Below, one piece after another: positions 47,930 to 59,922 of a stretch of 64,000 nt of DNA. Positions within the stretch are counted from its first letter, which is position 1. Every line of letters starts with the position of its first letter. Origin of the DNA: Planctomycetota bacterium (GTDB lineage Bacteria > Planctomycetota > UBA1135 > UBA2386). Where the stretch lies: positions 1,568,001 through 1,632,000 of the forward strand of contig OZ245838.1 in the NCBI GenBank assembly GCA_965228735.1. The letters are read 5' to 3'. The position numbers were made by a program, and so were the translations under genes. The notes beneath the pieces are model-generated. The model was not told where the DNA came from. It saw nothing but the letters and a program-made list of their open reading frames with translations, and ran no database searches.

Positions 47930-48292
47930 TCACGGCTCGTGCCCGAACGACTCGAGCAACTGCCGCGCCTGATTGCGCGCTCCCGGCCGATGGTGATCCT
48001 CGCGGTCCACGGCGCGGTGACAGGCCTCGACGTAGCTCGCTGCGAGACAGCTCACCGTCGCGAGACCGTAGCGGGCACGGAGCTTCAAGATCCGTTCCGC
48101 CTCGTCGAACAACTCGTCCGTAGTCTCGCTCCGAAAACTCGGCGGGTAATCCTCGGGCCGGAGGGGCGACGCGTAGAACAGCATCGAGTGCGAGCCCGCC
48201 GCGCACGCCCGTAGGCGCCTTGTCAGCTCCCCACAGAACTCGGCCTCGATGGCGTCGAGTTCGCGCAGCTGCTTCTCCATGCGACGGCTCAT
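47930..48292 (-). CDS. Hypothetical protein (120 aa)
   Basis: Helical, protein-like ORF co-oriented 17 bp upstream of the next ORF. Confidence 0.6.
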   Translation of the reverse strand: MSRRMEKQLRELDAIEAEFCGELTRRLRACAAGSHSMLFYASPLRPEDYPPSFRSETTDELFDEAERILKLRARYGLATVSCLAASYVEACHRAVDREDHHRPGARNQARQLLESFGHEP

Positions 48293-48355
48293 GATCGCAT
48301 GGTCGCAGAACCCGCGCAGAACGGAAACCGCCGGCGGTCAGTACACTGCAGGCGC

Positions 48356-48665
48356 AATGCGCTCCGTCGACTTCGACAGCCGGGCCGATCACCCGTTCCG
48401 AGCCGTGATCGCCCAGGTCGGGATGTGGGGCGGCTTCCTCGTGTTCGGCCGATCCGGGCTCCTGCCGAGCGACCGACTCCTGGGTGACGCCGAAGCGCTC
48501 GCCGAGCACTGGGCGCGTTTTGAGTTCTGCTTCTGGCTCGGCGCCTGGTGGATCGGCGTGGGCTGGGTCTTCGCGTTCTTGCACTACTACGCGCTCCCAG
48601 AACTCGCGCGCCTGCGCGATTCTCAGTATCGATCGCGGCAGAACCGTGCTCCGATGCAACGATGA
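48356..48665 (+). CDS. Small hypothetical membrane protein
   Basis: Two Trp-rich hydrophobic segments; ATGA overlap with the SUI1 gene; start approximate. Confidence 0.45.
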
Positions 48666-48985
48666 GCGACCGGCGACTGGCATGGGACACCGACATCGGC
48701 GCGGTGAACGAGCCGAAGAAAACGGCCGAGGCGCCACCGCAGGGCGACGGTATCGTCCGGGTCCGACGCGAGACCGGCGGGCGAAACGGCAAGACCGTGA
48801 CGACGATCACGGGCGTGCCTTTCGACACCGCTGAACTGAAGAGCCTGCTCAAGCAGCTCAAGAAGAAGTGCGGCGTCGGCGGCGCCGTCCGCGACTTCGT
48901 GATCGAACTGCAGGGCGATCAGCGCGCGGTCGTCGTGCCGGAGCTCGAGGGCCGCGGCTTCACCGTCAAACTCGCCGGCGGCTGA
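48662..48985 (+). CDS. yciH: SUI1/eIF1-like translation factor
   Basis: RRETGGRNGKTVTTITG, LKKKCGVGGAV, IELQGDQR and VKLAGG. Confidence 0.93.
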   Translation: MSDRRLAWDTDIGAVNEPKKTAEAPPQGDGIVRVRRETGGRNGKTVTTITGVPFDTAELKSLLKQLKKKCGVGGAVRDFVIELQGDQRAVVVPELEGRGFTVKLAGG

Positions 48986-49153
48986 TCATCGGAATCGCAC
49001 CCGATGGCGGCGAGGAGCCGCGGCATGCTGGCGGCCGCCGCAGCCACCACCGGAAGACGCGCAGCCGCGAACGCTCTGTCGCTGTGCCCGGCCCGGCCCC
49101 AGAATCCGGCGCGGATTCCCGCCCCGCCATACCCCCGACCGAGATACCGACCG

Positions 49154-49519
49154 ATGTCCCGACCCACCGACGACTCGATCCTGTTGCTCCACAACCCGAA
49201 GTGCTCCAAGAGCCGTGCGACCCTCGCGCTCCTCGAGCAACGGGGCGCGACCCTCGAGATTCGGCTCTACCTCGAGAACCCGCTCGGCGAGGACGAGCTG
49301 CGGGACCTGGGGCGACGCCTCGGCAGGTCGGCGATCGAGTTCACGCGCACCAAGCAGGCGGAGTTCGCAGCGGCCGGACTCACGCGCGACTCGTCCGAGG
49401 CCGAGATCCTCGCCGCGATCGCGACAACGCCGATCCTGCTGGAGCGACCGATCGTCGTCCGCGGCGATCACGCCAGGATCGGGCGCCCGCCCGAGACCGT
49501 GCTCGAGTTACTCGACTGA
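49154..49519 (+). CDS. arsC: Arsenate reductase (glutaredoxin-dependent ArsC family)
   Basis: HNPKCSKSR, LLERPIVV and IGRPPE. Confidence 0.88.
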   Translation: MSRPTDDSILLLHNPKCSKSRATLALLEQRGATLEIRLYLENPLGEDELRDLGRRLGRSAIEFTRTKQAEFAAAGLTRDSSEAEILAAIATTPILLERPIVVRGDHARIGRPPETVLELLD

Positions 49520-49572
49520 CGGACGGCGCGCTACGGGACGAGCCCGTAGCGCCAGCACTGACCAGGACCGCC

Positions 49573-49788
49573 TCAGGCGACGTTCTGCGAGTCGCGATAC
49601 GAGTCGCGCGCGATCGCCACTTCGACCTGCAGCTCGGGATTCGCCTGTAGCTCGGCGAGCAGAGCGTGCGGTCGCAGCCCGCCGTAGTAGGCCGCCTGCT
49701 CGACCGTCGCTCCGAATCTGCGGATCGCCTCGAGGACCAGGTCCAACCGGTGCGCGTTTGCACTTTGGATTACCTGCATGCCCTCCAC
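49573..49788 (-). CDS. Small hypothetical protein, possibly HTH-like
   Basis: GGAGGG RBS-like sequence before MQVIQ (49779); VLEAIRRFGATVEQAAYYGGL resembles a helix-turn-helix. Confidence 0.55.
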   Translation of the reverse strand: MEGMQVIQSANAHRLDLVLEAIRRFGATVEQAAYYGGLRPHALLAELQANPELQVEVAIARDSYRDSQNVA

Positions 49789-49877
49789 TAGGACAAGATG
49801 GGCGCCCGGTTCGCGAAATCTCCGTGTGTTAGGAGTTTTGCACCGGAACGAACCGCGCTATCCAAGGCCCAGCGAAC

Positions 49878-49979
49878 GCCCGGATCGGCCCAGTGCCCGG
49901 ATCGACCCAGTGCCCGGATCGGCCCAGTGCCCGGATCGGCCCAGTGCCCGGATCGACCCAGTGCCCGGATCGACCCGGT
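49878..49979. repeat. 17-bp intergenic tandem repeat, 6 copies (VNTR)
   Basis: gcccggatcg(g/a)cccagt x6 with no spacers. Confidence 0.93.
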
Positions 49980-50189
49980 GCCGCACCGCGACGATCGCGC
50001 TCCGAATCCAGTGCAGCTTCGATGGCCGTAGCGCAGCACGTCGTAACCCGGCGCGACACCCGAGGCGAAGAACGCCATCGGGCTGCCGTCCTTACCGACG
50101 GCGGCGCCCTACCGCGCCCGACCGCACCCGCCGATGACTGTCGCCGACGATGCCGCAACGTCGCGCGCTGCCGCTCGAATCGCCTGGCC

Positions 50190-50231
50190 AAAGAAAAGGG
50201 GCGCCGCCGGCCTCGCGACCGACGGCGCCCC
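50190..50231 (-). terminator. Intrinsic terminator (minus strand)
   Basis: GGGGCGCCGTCGG-TCGCGAGG-CCGGCGGCGCCCC-TTTTCTTT; the one non-Watson-Crick pair is a G-U only on the minus strand. Confidence 0.8.
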
Positions 50232-50239
50232 GAAGATCT

Positions 50240-50418
50240 CCGACCAGTATCCCGCGGCGCTGGATCCCGATGCGCCAGTCAGTCGAGGACCAGCAATCGA
50301 GACGCCGCAAGTGGCAGGAGTGGGCCGCCCGTTCGGCGCCTAGTTCCGAACGGAACGGCCCATGCTGTCGGTCCCTCCCAAGGTGACCGCCCAACACGCG
50401 CCGAACCGTACGGATCGG
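50240..50418 (-). ncRNA. Candidate structured ncRNA (~180-nt rod, possibly 6S-like)
   Basis: Nested pairings CCGATCCGTA/TACTGGTCGG, CGGCGC/GCGCCG, GAGGGACC..CAGCA/TGCTGGTCCTC and an apical 16-bp hairpin; lies just before a terminator; no credible ORF. Confidence 0.4.
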
Positions 50419-50502
50419 GCCGCCGTGCCGCCACCCTTTTCTTGACGCCGCACCACCATGGCTTGTGGGGTCTTGTGCACAACACCCCCACAACAGGAGT
50501 CG

Positions 50503-51870
50503 TCACGAGATGGACGTCGAGGCGAGCGGCAGCACCACGATGAACGTCGTGCCGCGGCCCGGCTCGGTATCGATCTCGATGCGGCCAGCGTGCCGCTCGA
50601 TGATGCCGTGGCTGATCGCGAGGCCGAGGCCCGTGCCCTTGTCGACGTCCTTGGTCGTGAAGAACGGGTCGAAGACCTGCGCGAGCGCCTCCTCGTCGAT
50701 GCCCGAGCCGCGATCGACGACGCGCAGTTCGAGCTCCGAGTCCCGCAGTTCGCTCTCGAGCCGCACGGTGCTCCCCGCGGGCGAAGCGTCCTTGGCGTTG
50801 AGCAGGATGTTGATGAGCACCTGCAGCAGGTGGTTCGGCGAGCCTTGGATCACGGCGGCCGGCGGCAGGGGTTCGGGATCGCAGGCGAGGTGCACCCCGG
50901 CCGAACGGAACGGCACCTTCACGAGATCGGCGGCCTCGCGCAGCAGGCCCGGCACGTCGAGCGGCCTCATCTCAAACGGGGTGTCGCGCGAGAACGTCAG
51001 CAGACCGTCGGTGATCTTCGCGATGCGACGCGTGTGCTTCTCGATCGTGTCGAGCTCGCCGAACAGCGTCTCCTGGTCGTCGCCGTCCTGCACGCGGTAG
51101 CGCAGGATCTGCACCTTGTTGGCGATGACGCCGATCGGATTGTTGATCTCGTGGCTGACGCCGGCGGCGAGCGTGCCGACGGACGCGAGCTTCTCGCTCG
51201 TGGCGAGGTTGCGCGACAGCCGCAGCAGCTGACGTTCACGATCGCGCAGGCGCGACAGCACACTGGCGACGAAGTAGATCGAGAAGATCAGGGTCGCGCC
51301 GTAGGCGAACAGCAGCAGCAGGAACCCGAGCGGCTCGATCGCGTCGAGCCGGTAGAGCCCGAGCGGCAGCGGGTGGTGCGCGAGCCAGCCGTAGAACTCG
51401 GCGAACCCGAGCGCCGCGAGCAGCACGAGGCTCGAGATCCCGACGATCACCGCGGCGCGCACGGACAGCACGAGCGCGGCGATGAACGCGTGGAACAGGT
51501 AGAACAACGCGACCGGGTTGGTCACCCCCCCGCTCCAGTGCAGCAGGGCGGTGAGCAACAGCAGGTCGACCGCGATCTGCAGGTAGACGTGCCGCCGCAC
51601 CCGCGCGAGCGGCCACTGCCGAAGGCGGCGATAGACCGCGATGTAGACGCCGTCGACGAGCGCGATCACCAGGCCGAGCACGTAGAGCGGCCAAGGGTCC
51701 GGAATGATCGCGAAGCCGTGCGCGGCGAGGGCGGTGAGCCACACGACGCTCGCGGCGACGACGAGCCGCAGCCGGTTGAACCACAGAACCTGCGAGCGCA
51801 GCGCCGCGACCTCGTGCGCCTCGTCGGGCAGCACCATCGCCGGGGCCGGAACTGTCGCGCGGTCACTCAT
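50503..51870 (-). CDS. Membrane sensor histidine kinase
   Basis: Several TM helices; SEKLASVGTLAAGVSHEINNP (H box), NILLNAKDA, DRGSGI, FDPFFTTK and GTGLGLAI. Confidence 0.95.
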   Translation of the reverse strand: MSDRATVPAPAMVLPDEAHEVAALRSQVLWFNRLRLVVAASVVWLTALAAHGFAIIPDPWPLYVLGLVIALVDGVYIAVYRRLRQWPLARVRRHVYLQIAVDLLLLTALLHWSGGVTNPVALFYLFHAFIAALVLSVRAAVIVGISSLVLLAALGFAEFYGWLAHHPLPLGLYRLDAIEPLGFLLLLFAYGATLIFSIYFVASVLSRLRDRERQLLRLSRNLATSEKLASVGTLAAGVSHEINNPIGVIANKVQILRYRVQDGDDQETLFGELDTIEKHTRRIAKITDGLLTFSRDTPFEMRPLDVPGLLREAADLVKVPFRSAGVHLACDPEPLPPAAVIQGSPNHLLQVLINILLNAKDASPAGSTVRLESELRDSELELRVVDRGSGIDEEALAQVFDPFFTTKDVDKGTGLGLAISHGIIERHAGRIEIDTEPGRGTTFIVVLPLASTSIS

Positions 51871-52778
51871 TCGCGGAGCCGGGAATCGTACTCGGCACGT
51901 GAGTAGGACAGGACCGCCAACGTGAGCAACACGGTCGTGAGGATCGCCAGCGCGAGCACGGGGCTGCCGATCACGTCGTCGCGCAGCGCCCGGTCGCCGG
52001 GCCAGAGGATGCGTTCGAGGCGCGAATCCGGGTTGACGCGGTCGATCAGCAGGCGCCGCAGCGGGTCCGACACGGTCAGCGCGCGGATACCCGCGGAGAC
52101 GGGCAGCAGCGCCGTCACCATCTGCGTCACGACGAACACCGCGGACCATACGAGCGGGCGCCGGAACGTCGCGGCGACCCACGCGCCGAACGCTGCGTAT
52201 GCCATCGCGCCGAGCACCGCCATCGCGAGGAAGGCGTAGAGCGGCTCGCGCACGACGCCATCGCCCCAGATGTCCGGCTGCAGTGCGACGCCGACGAACA
52301 GGCCGATCACGCCGATCATCACGAGCACCGCGGCAACCGTGAGCGCGGCGAGCCATTTGCCGAGCAACAGCGCCGTGCGCGCGACGGGGCGCAGGAACAG
52401 ATACTGGAACGTGCGGTCCTCGATGTCACCGTGGATGGCCTGCACCGCGAGGTACATCGTCGCCCATGGCAGCACGACCCAGGTCTGGAACCACCACGCG
52501 AGAAGGCAGTAGAGATCGTGGCCATCGAGCCGGTTGCGCGGGAACCCCGCGAGACCGAACGCGAGCACGGCGCCGATGAGTTCACCGATCAGGAGCAACC
52601 ACAGGAGCCGGTTGCCGAGGAGCAGCCGCAGCGACTGCTGCGCGGACACCAACGTGGTCGCTACGAAACCGAGGCGGCCGGCAGTGCCGGCGCCGGTCAG
52701 CACACCGGCCCCGCCGCCGGCCGCACTGGCCCTGTCGCCAGGCCCACTGCTGTGTCGACCGTCCCGTGCTGCGATCAC
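51867..52778 (-). CDS. ABC-2 type transporter permease
   Basis: GDIEDRTFQYLFLRPVARTALLLGKW; multiple TM helices. Confidence 0.88.
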   Translation of the reverse strand: MIAARDGRHSSGPGDRASAAGGGAGVLTGAGTAGRLGFVATTLVSAQQSLRLLLGNRLLWLLLIGELIGAVLAFGLAGFPRNRLDGHDLYCLLAWWFQTWVVLPWATMYLAVQAIHGDIEDRTFQYLFLRPVARTALLLGKWLAALTVAAVLVMIGVIGLFVGVALQPDIWGDGVVREPLYAFLAMAVLGAMAYAAFGAWVAATFRRPLVWSAVFVVTQMVTALLPVSAGIRALTVSDPLRRLLIDRVNPDSRLERILWPGDRALRDDVIGSPVLALAILTTVLLTLAVLSYSRAEYDSRLRE

Positions 52779-53779
52779 GAGACCAGGCTCCCGAACACGA
52801 ATCCGAGGTCGTCGTCGAGCGGTTCGATCGCGCTGATCCCGGGCTCCCAGTCGGCCGCGAGCTCGGTCAACGCGCGGAAGAACCCCGAGAGTTCGTCGAC
52901 CGTGACTTCGAGCACGGCGTCGGGCAGCACGCGAACGCCGCCGACGTGCGGCAGCGCGAGCAGCCGTGCGGCCAGCGCGCGTTCGTCGCCGCCGACGATT
53001 CGGAAGCGGCGCGGCTGCCCCGGCAGTTGATCGCGGAGTTCGTCGACCCGCCCCTCCGCGAGAACGCGACCCTGGTGGATGAAGACGACGCGGTCCGTGA
53101 CGCTCTCGAGCTCGTGCAGCACGTGACTGCTGACGACCACCCCCACCCCGCGCGCCGGCAACCCACGGATCACGGCGCCGAGCTCGCGGCGGGCGATCGG
53201 GTCGAGCCCGGTCATCGGTTCATCGAGCAGCACGACACGGGGCTCGTGCGCGAGCGCCTGCGCGAGGCGAACGCGCTGCCGCATGCCCTTGCTGTACTCG
53301 CGAATGCGCCGGTCCATCGCGTCGCCGAGCCCGAGTTCGGCCAGCACGTCGCCGGCCCGTTCGCGCGCCGCCCGCCGCCCGAAGCCGTGGTAGCGCAGCA
53401 ACCACGCGACGAACGTCCGGCCCGTGAGTGACTCGTAGAGCCGATCGGTGTCCGGACAGAAACCGACGAGCCGCCGCGTGTCGCGCAGGCCGGCGGGCTG
53501 GCCCGCGACGGTGACCGCGCCCTGGCTCGGCGCGAGCAGTCCCGCCGCGATCTTCATCAGCGTCGACTTGCCGGCGCCGTTCTTGCCGACGAGCCCGACG
53601 ACCTCGGTAGATACGGTGAACGACACGCCCATCAGCGCCGTGATCGCGCCGTACCACTTGCTCACGTCGCCGAAGTGGAGCATCGCGGCGGCGGGCGGCG
53701 CGGCCTCGGGCGCGGCTGCCCCGGGGATTGGCGACCCGCGGACTGGCGACCCGGGGATTGGCGACTCGGGGCCGCTCAT
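52775..53779 (-). CDS. ABC transporter ATP-binding protein
   Basis: GKNGAGKST, YSKGMRQR, LLDEPMTGLDP and SSH. Confidence 0.93.
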   Translation of the reverse strand: MSGPESPIPGSPVRGSPIPGAAAPEAAPPAAAMLHFGDVSKWYGAITALMGVSFTVSTEVVGLVGKNGAGKSTLMKIAAGLLAPSQGAVTVAGQPAGLRDTRRLVGFCPDTDRLYESLTGRTFVAWLLRYHGFGRRAARERAGDVLAELGLGDAMDRRIREYSKGMRQRVRLAQALAHEPRVVLLDEPMTGLDPIARRELGAVIRGLPARGVGVVVSSHVLHELESVTDRVVFIHQGRVLAEGRVDELRDQLPGQPRRFRIVGGDERALAARLLALPHVGGVRVLPDAVLEVTVDELSGFFRALTELAADWEPGISAIEPLDDDLGFVFGSLVS

Positions 53780-54669
53780 CCAAGGGCCTCCCGCACGGAG
53801 AACCGTCGGCGTGCCGCGAGCCCGAGCGCGGCGACCACGGAGAACAGCACGAGCAACGCCGGCACGAGCGGGGCGCCGCGCGTCGACATGCCCGCGGCCG
53901 CGCGCGCGACGACCCCGCCAGCGTCCCAGAGGCTGGCCCACGACCGCATCGCCGGACTGTCGAACACCACGGCCATGACGTTCGCGACGGCCGAACTGCC
54001 GACCATGAGGATGCACCATGTCACGATCGACTGGCTCGGTGTCGCGGCGAGGCTCGACACCAGTACGCTGATCGTCGCCCAGCACGACGTGACGACCACG
54101 AGCCCGCCGACGAGTCCGGGCATGAAGCCGACGGTCTCGGCGAACAGCTGCCAGTCGTCAGCCATGAGCACGGCGAACACCCAGAGCAACAGCGGCACGC
54201 CGACGGTGACCAGCGAGATGAGCGCGAGCGCGCCGAGGATCTTCGCGGCCAGGTATCCGACGGGCGTGATGCCGCGCGTCCACAGCAGCTCGAGCCCGTT
54301 CGTCATCCGGTCGCGCGCGACCGCGCCCGCGGTCACGGTCGAGGTCAGGAGCACGAACAGCGGCAGCCCCGGAAACGTCCGCACCACGGCCTCAACGTAG
54401 AAGTCGGGCTGCGTCGGGTCCCACTGCCGAAACGCTTCGGCCCGCGCAGCCATGCCAGCCCGCATGCCGCCGAAGTCGACGACACCGAACCAGACCATGA
54501 GGACGAACAGCTTGACGACGAACGGCAGCACGCAGACGCAGAACACCGCAACGCCCCACTTGCTGCGGAAGAGGTGACCGAACTCCTTGCTCGCGAGCGG
54601 CAGCCAACGGCGCCAGCCCGGAACGCGCGCGAACGCCGCGCCGCGGTAGCCGAGATCGCGAATCGTCAT
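53776..54669 (-). CDS. ABC-2 type transporter permease
   Basis: MTIRDLGYR start, ARDRMTNGLELLWTRGI..GYLAAK; about 6 TM helices. Confidence 0.85.
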   Translation of the reverse strand: MTIRDLGYRGAAFARVPGWRRWLPLASKEFGHLFRSKWGVAVFCVCVLPFVVKLFVLMVWFGVVDFGGMRAGMAARAEAFRQWDPTQPDFYVEAVVRTFPGLPLFVLLTSTVTAGAVARDRMTNGLELLWTRGITPVGYLAAKILGALALISLVTVGVPLLLWVFAVLMADDWQLFAETVGFMPGLVGGLVVVTSCWATISVLVSSLAATPSQSIVTWCILMVGSSAVANVMAVVFDSPAMRSWASLWDAGGVVARAAAGMSTRGAPLVPALLVLFSVVAALGLAARRRFSVREALG

Positions 54670-55664
54670 GGCGTCGCCCCTTTCGACGGGGTGCCGCGCG
54701 AAGGCGCGCGGTCGCCCGCTCGCGCGTCGGCAGTCAGGACCTCGGGGCCCGGCTCCGCGGCGGCGTCGACGACCTGCAGGAACGTGTCCTCGAGCGTCCG
54801 TCGCGCCTCCTGCAGCTGGCGCACGCACCCACCCGCCGCGAGCACCGCCCGGTAGAGCACCTGGAGCGGCAGCTCGGCCGGCAGCGTCGCGATCCAACGG
54901 CCCGCGCCGTCCGGGTGCAGCCGAACCGACGCCTCGACGTGCGGCGTGAGATCGAGCTCCCGAGGTTCGACCGCGAAGGCCACGCGACGTTCCGCGACCT
55001 GCGTCAGCTCCCGAATCGAACCGGCAGCAACCACCCGACCCGCAGCCAACACCACGACATGCTCACAGACGGCCTCGACGTCCTGGAGGATGTGGGTCGA
55101 CAACACGACGGACTTGCCATGGCGGGTGCACAGCGAACGAATGAGGTCGAGCATCTCGGTGCGCCCGTCCGGATCCAGACCGTTCGTGGGCTCATCGAGG
55201 AACAACACCTCCGGATCGTGCACGAGCGCCGCCGCGAGCTTGGCCTTCTGCCGCATGCCAGCGCTGTAGGTCGACACGCCGCGGTAACGCTGTTCTTCGA
55301 GCCCGACGAGGTAGAGCGCCTCGTGCGCGCGCCGCCAGGCATCGCGCCGGGGCAGGCCGCTGAGCCGACCCAGTGTCGCCACCATCTCGAAGCCGGACAT
55401 CCCCGGCAGGTGCGCGTCACGCTCGGGCATGTAGCCGACGCGTTCTCGCACGATCGTGCCAGGCGCGCCGGCTGGCACATCGAGAATCTGGAGGCGCCCG
55501 GACGCGGGACGCACGAGCCCGAGCAGAGCCTTGAGGATCGAGCTCTTGCCCGCCCCGTTCTGCCCGAGCAGGCCGCTCGCCCCGTTCGGGAACGTCAAGG
55601 ACACCGCGTCGACCGCGGTGTGCCTGCCGTACCGAATGGTGACGTCGTCGAGCAGAACCGTCAT
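54666..55664 (-). CDS. ABC transporter ATP-binding protein
   Basis: GQNGAGKSS, YSAGMRQK, FLDEPTNGLDP and STHIL. Confidence 0.93.
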   Translation of the reverse strand: MTVLLDDVTIRYGRHTAVDAVSLTFPNGASGLLGQNGAGKSSILKALLGLVRPASGRLQILDVPAGAPGTIVRERVGYMPERDAHLPGMSGFEMVATLGRLSGLPRRDAWRRAHEALYLVGLEEQRYRGVSTYSAGMRQKAKLAAALVHDPEVLFLDEPTNGLDPDGRTEMLDLIRSLCTRHGKSVVLSTHILQDVEAVCEHVVVLAAGRVVAAGSIRELTQVAERRVAFAVEPRELDLTPHVEASVRLHPDGAGRWIATLPAELPLQVLYRAVLAAGGCVRQLQEARRTLEDTFLQVVDAAAEPGPEVLTADARAGDRAPSRGTPSKGATP

Positions 55665-56482
55665 CGCGTCGCCGCCGAATCCGAGCGCTCCCGGTCGGAC
55701 GCTCCCCCGACCGACCCGCCAGCCTCCGACTCGAGCACGGCAGCAAGACCTGCCCATCCAGCGCCACCGGACCCCAGCGCCGTGAGTCGCACATCGACCT
55801 GCCGATCGAATCCCTGCTTGCCGCGCTGATGCACCCGACGCAGCCCCGTCACGCGCTTCCGGCCGCGGCCGAGTCGCTCGAGGAACGCGATCGACTCGGG
55901 CCGCGACGGGTCCGCGTGCAGCACGATTCCATCGGGCGCGAGAGCGCGCTCAACAGTCGCCAACAGGCCCGCCGCTCCCGAGGCGTGGTAGCTCACGTCC
56001 GCGAGCAGCACGACATCGATCTTCCCATTGAGCTCCGCCGTCCGCACCGGGTCGTCCCAACCGCATTCCAGCTCCTGCACACTGCCCGCTGGATCCACCA
56101 CCCTCGCCCCGTTCCAGGTCGCGAACGCCAGCGCGTCGGCCTCCCGATCGAGGAACGTAACCCGCGCCCCGAGACTCGCCGCCGCGAGCCCCGGGACACC
56201 GAGCCCGCAGCCGAGGTCGAGCACGGCGCGACCACGCAGCCAGTCCGTCGCGCGGCTCCAGCGCGCGAGCGCCCAGACCATGCCGAGGCTGGCAGGCCAG
56301 ACCTCGACCCAGTACGGCGGCTCGTCGTCACGTCGGAACGACCGGGCCCACTCCCCTTTGCGCAGGAAGTCACGGGCAGCGGGGACCACGAGCCGCAGGG
56401 AACGATCCCCCACGGGCACCGAGATCGACCGCGGATCGTACCGTCGCAGCCGATCGTCCTTGCGCGCCTCGGGAACCGTCAC
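55661..56482 (-). CDS. Class I SAM-dependent methyltransferase (family 16, protein lysine MTase-like)
   Basis: PPYWVEVWPAS, VLDLGCGLGVPGL and LLADVSY. Confidence 0.88.
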   Translation of the reverse strand: MTVPEARKDDRLRRYDPRSISVPVGDRSLRLVVPAARDFLRKGEWARSFRRDDEPPYWVEVWPASLGMVWALARWSRATDWLRGRAVLDLGCGLGVPGLAAASLGARVTFLDREADALAFATWNGARVVDPAGSVQELECGWDDPVRTAELNGKIDVVLLADVSYHASGAAGLLATVERALAPDGIVLHADPSRPESIAFLERLGRGRKRVTGLRRVHQRGKQGFDRQVDVRLTALGSGGAGWAGLAAVLESEAGGSVGGASDRERSDSAATR

Positions 56483-56562
56483 GTGCCCTTTGTAGCAGTT
56501 GTCAGCGCGGAACCGTCGCGGGCGTGCCGCGAAAGTCTGCCCCCAGCGGAGCATCGGAAACG

Positions 56563-56608
56563 AAAAAAGCGCCCATCCCGGCAGGCGAGGAGCCTGAGGA
56601 TGGGCGCT
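56563..56608 (-). terminator. rRNA operon intrinsic terminator
   Basis: AGCGCCCATCC...GGATGGGCGCT followed by a T run, immediately after the 5S gene. Confidence 0.8.
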
Positions 56609-56616
56609 GAAGAATG

Positions 56617-56724
56617 ACCCGGCGCTGACCTACTTTCGCACAGAGCACTATCATCGGCCCTGGCTGCTTGACTGCCGTGTTCGGAATGGGAACGGGTATT
56701 TCCAGCCAGGTATGGGCACCGGGA
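56617..56724 (-). rRNA. rrf: 5S rRNA (short, ~108 nt)
   Basis: TCCCGGTGCCCATACC...CCCGTTCCCATTCCGAACACGGCAGTCAAG...CCGATGATAGTGC...AGTAGGTCAGCGCCGGG. Confidence 0.95.
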
Positions 56725-56869
56725 GACGCATTGAGACCGCGATGGGGATCGCGGCGCTGTCCGTCAGGGTGCACGGCTGCTGCCGGCACGCGCTCACGAA
56801 CGAGCGCAACTCGCGCTCAGGAAGAGAGACCGCTGGGGGTCTTCGAGTCCACTTGAAGTGGAATAAATG

Positions 56870-59792
<2,923 letters not shown>

Positions 59793-59837
59793 TGATTCTC
59801 ACTCGAGATCCTCAACGATCTCTCTTCCTGAACCCGA

Positions 59838-59851
59838 GTTGTCAAAGAACG
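59838..59851 (-). promoter_or_regulatory. boxA-like antitermination site in the ITS
   Basis: CGTTCTTTGACAAC upstream of the 23S gene. Confidence 0.6.
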
Positions 59852-59922
59852 AAGCGCCGCGCGGATACCGCGGGCGCTGTGCGTTTGCAGTCTCTTCTCC
59901 GAGCCGCTCGGCATGGCCGAAT

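Noticed and set aside
45828..49979. 15-bp and 17-bp arrays as CRISPR
   Set aside because: The units are contiguous with no unique spacers, they are too short, and there are no cas genes.
50442..51100. Plus-strand TTGACG promoter with AGGAG-ATG ORF at 50510
   Set aside because: No matching -10 element, and the ORF is the antisense of the kinase ATPase domain.
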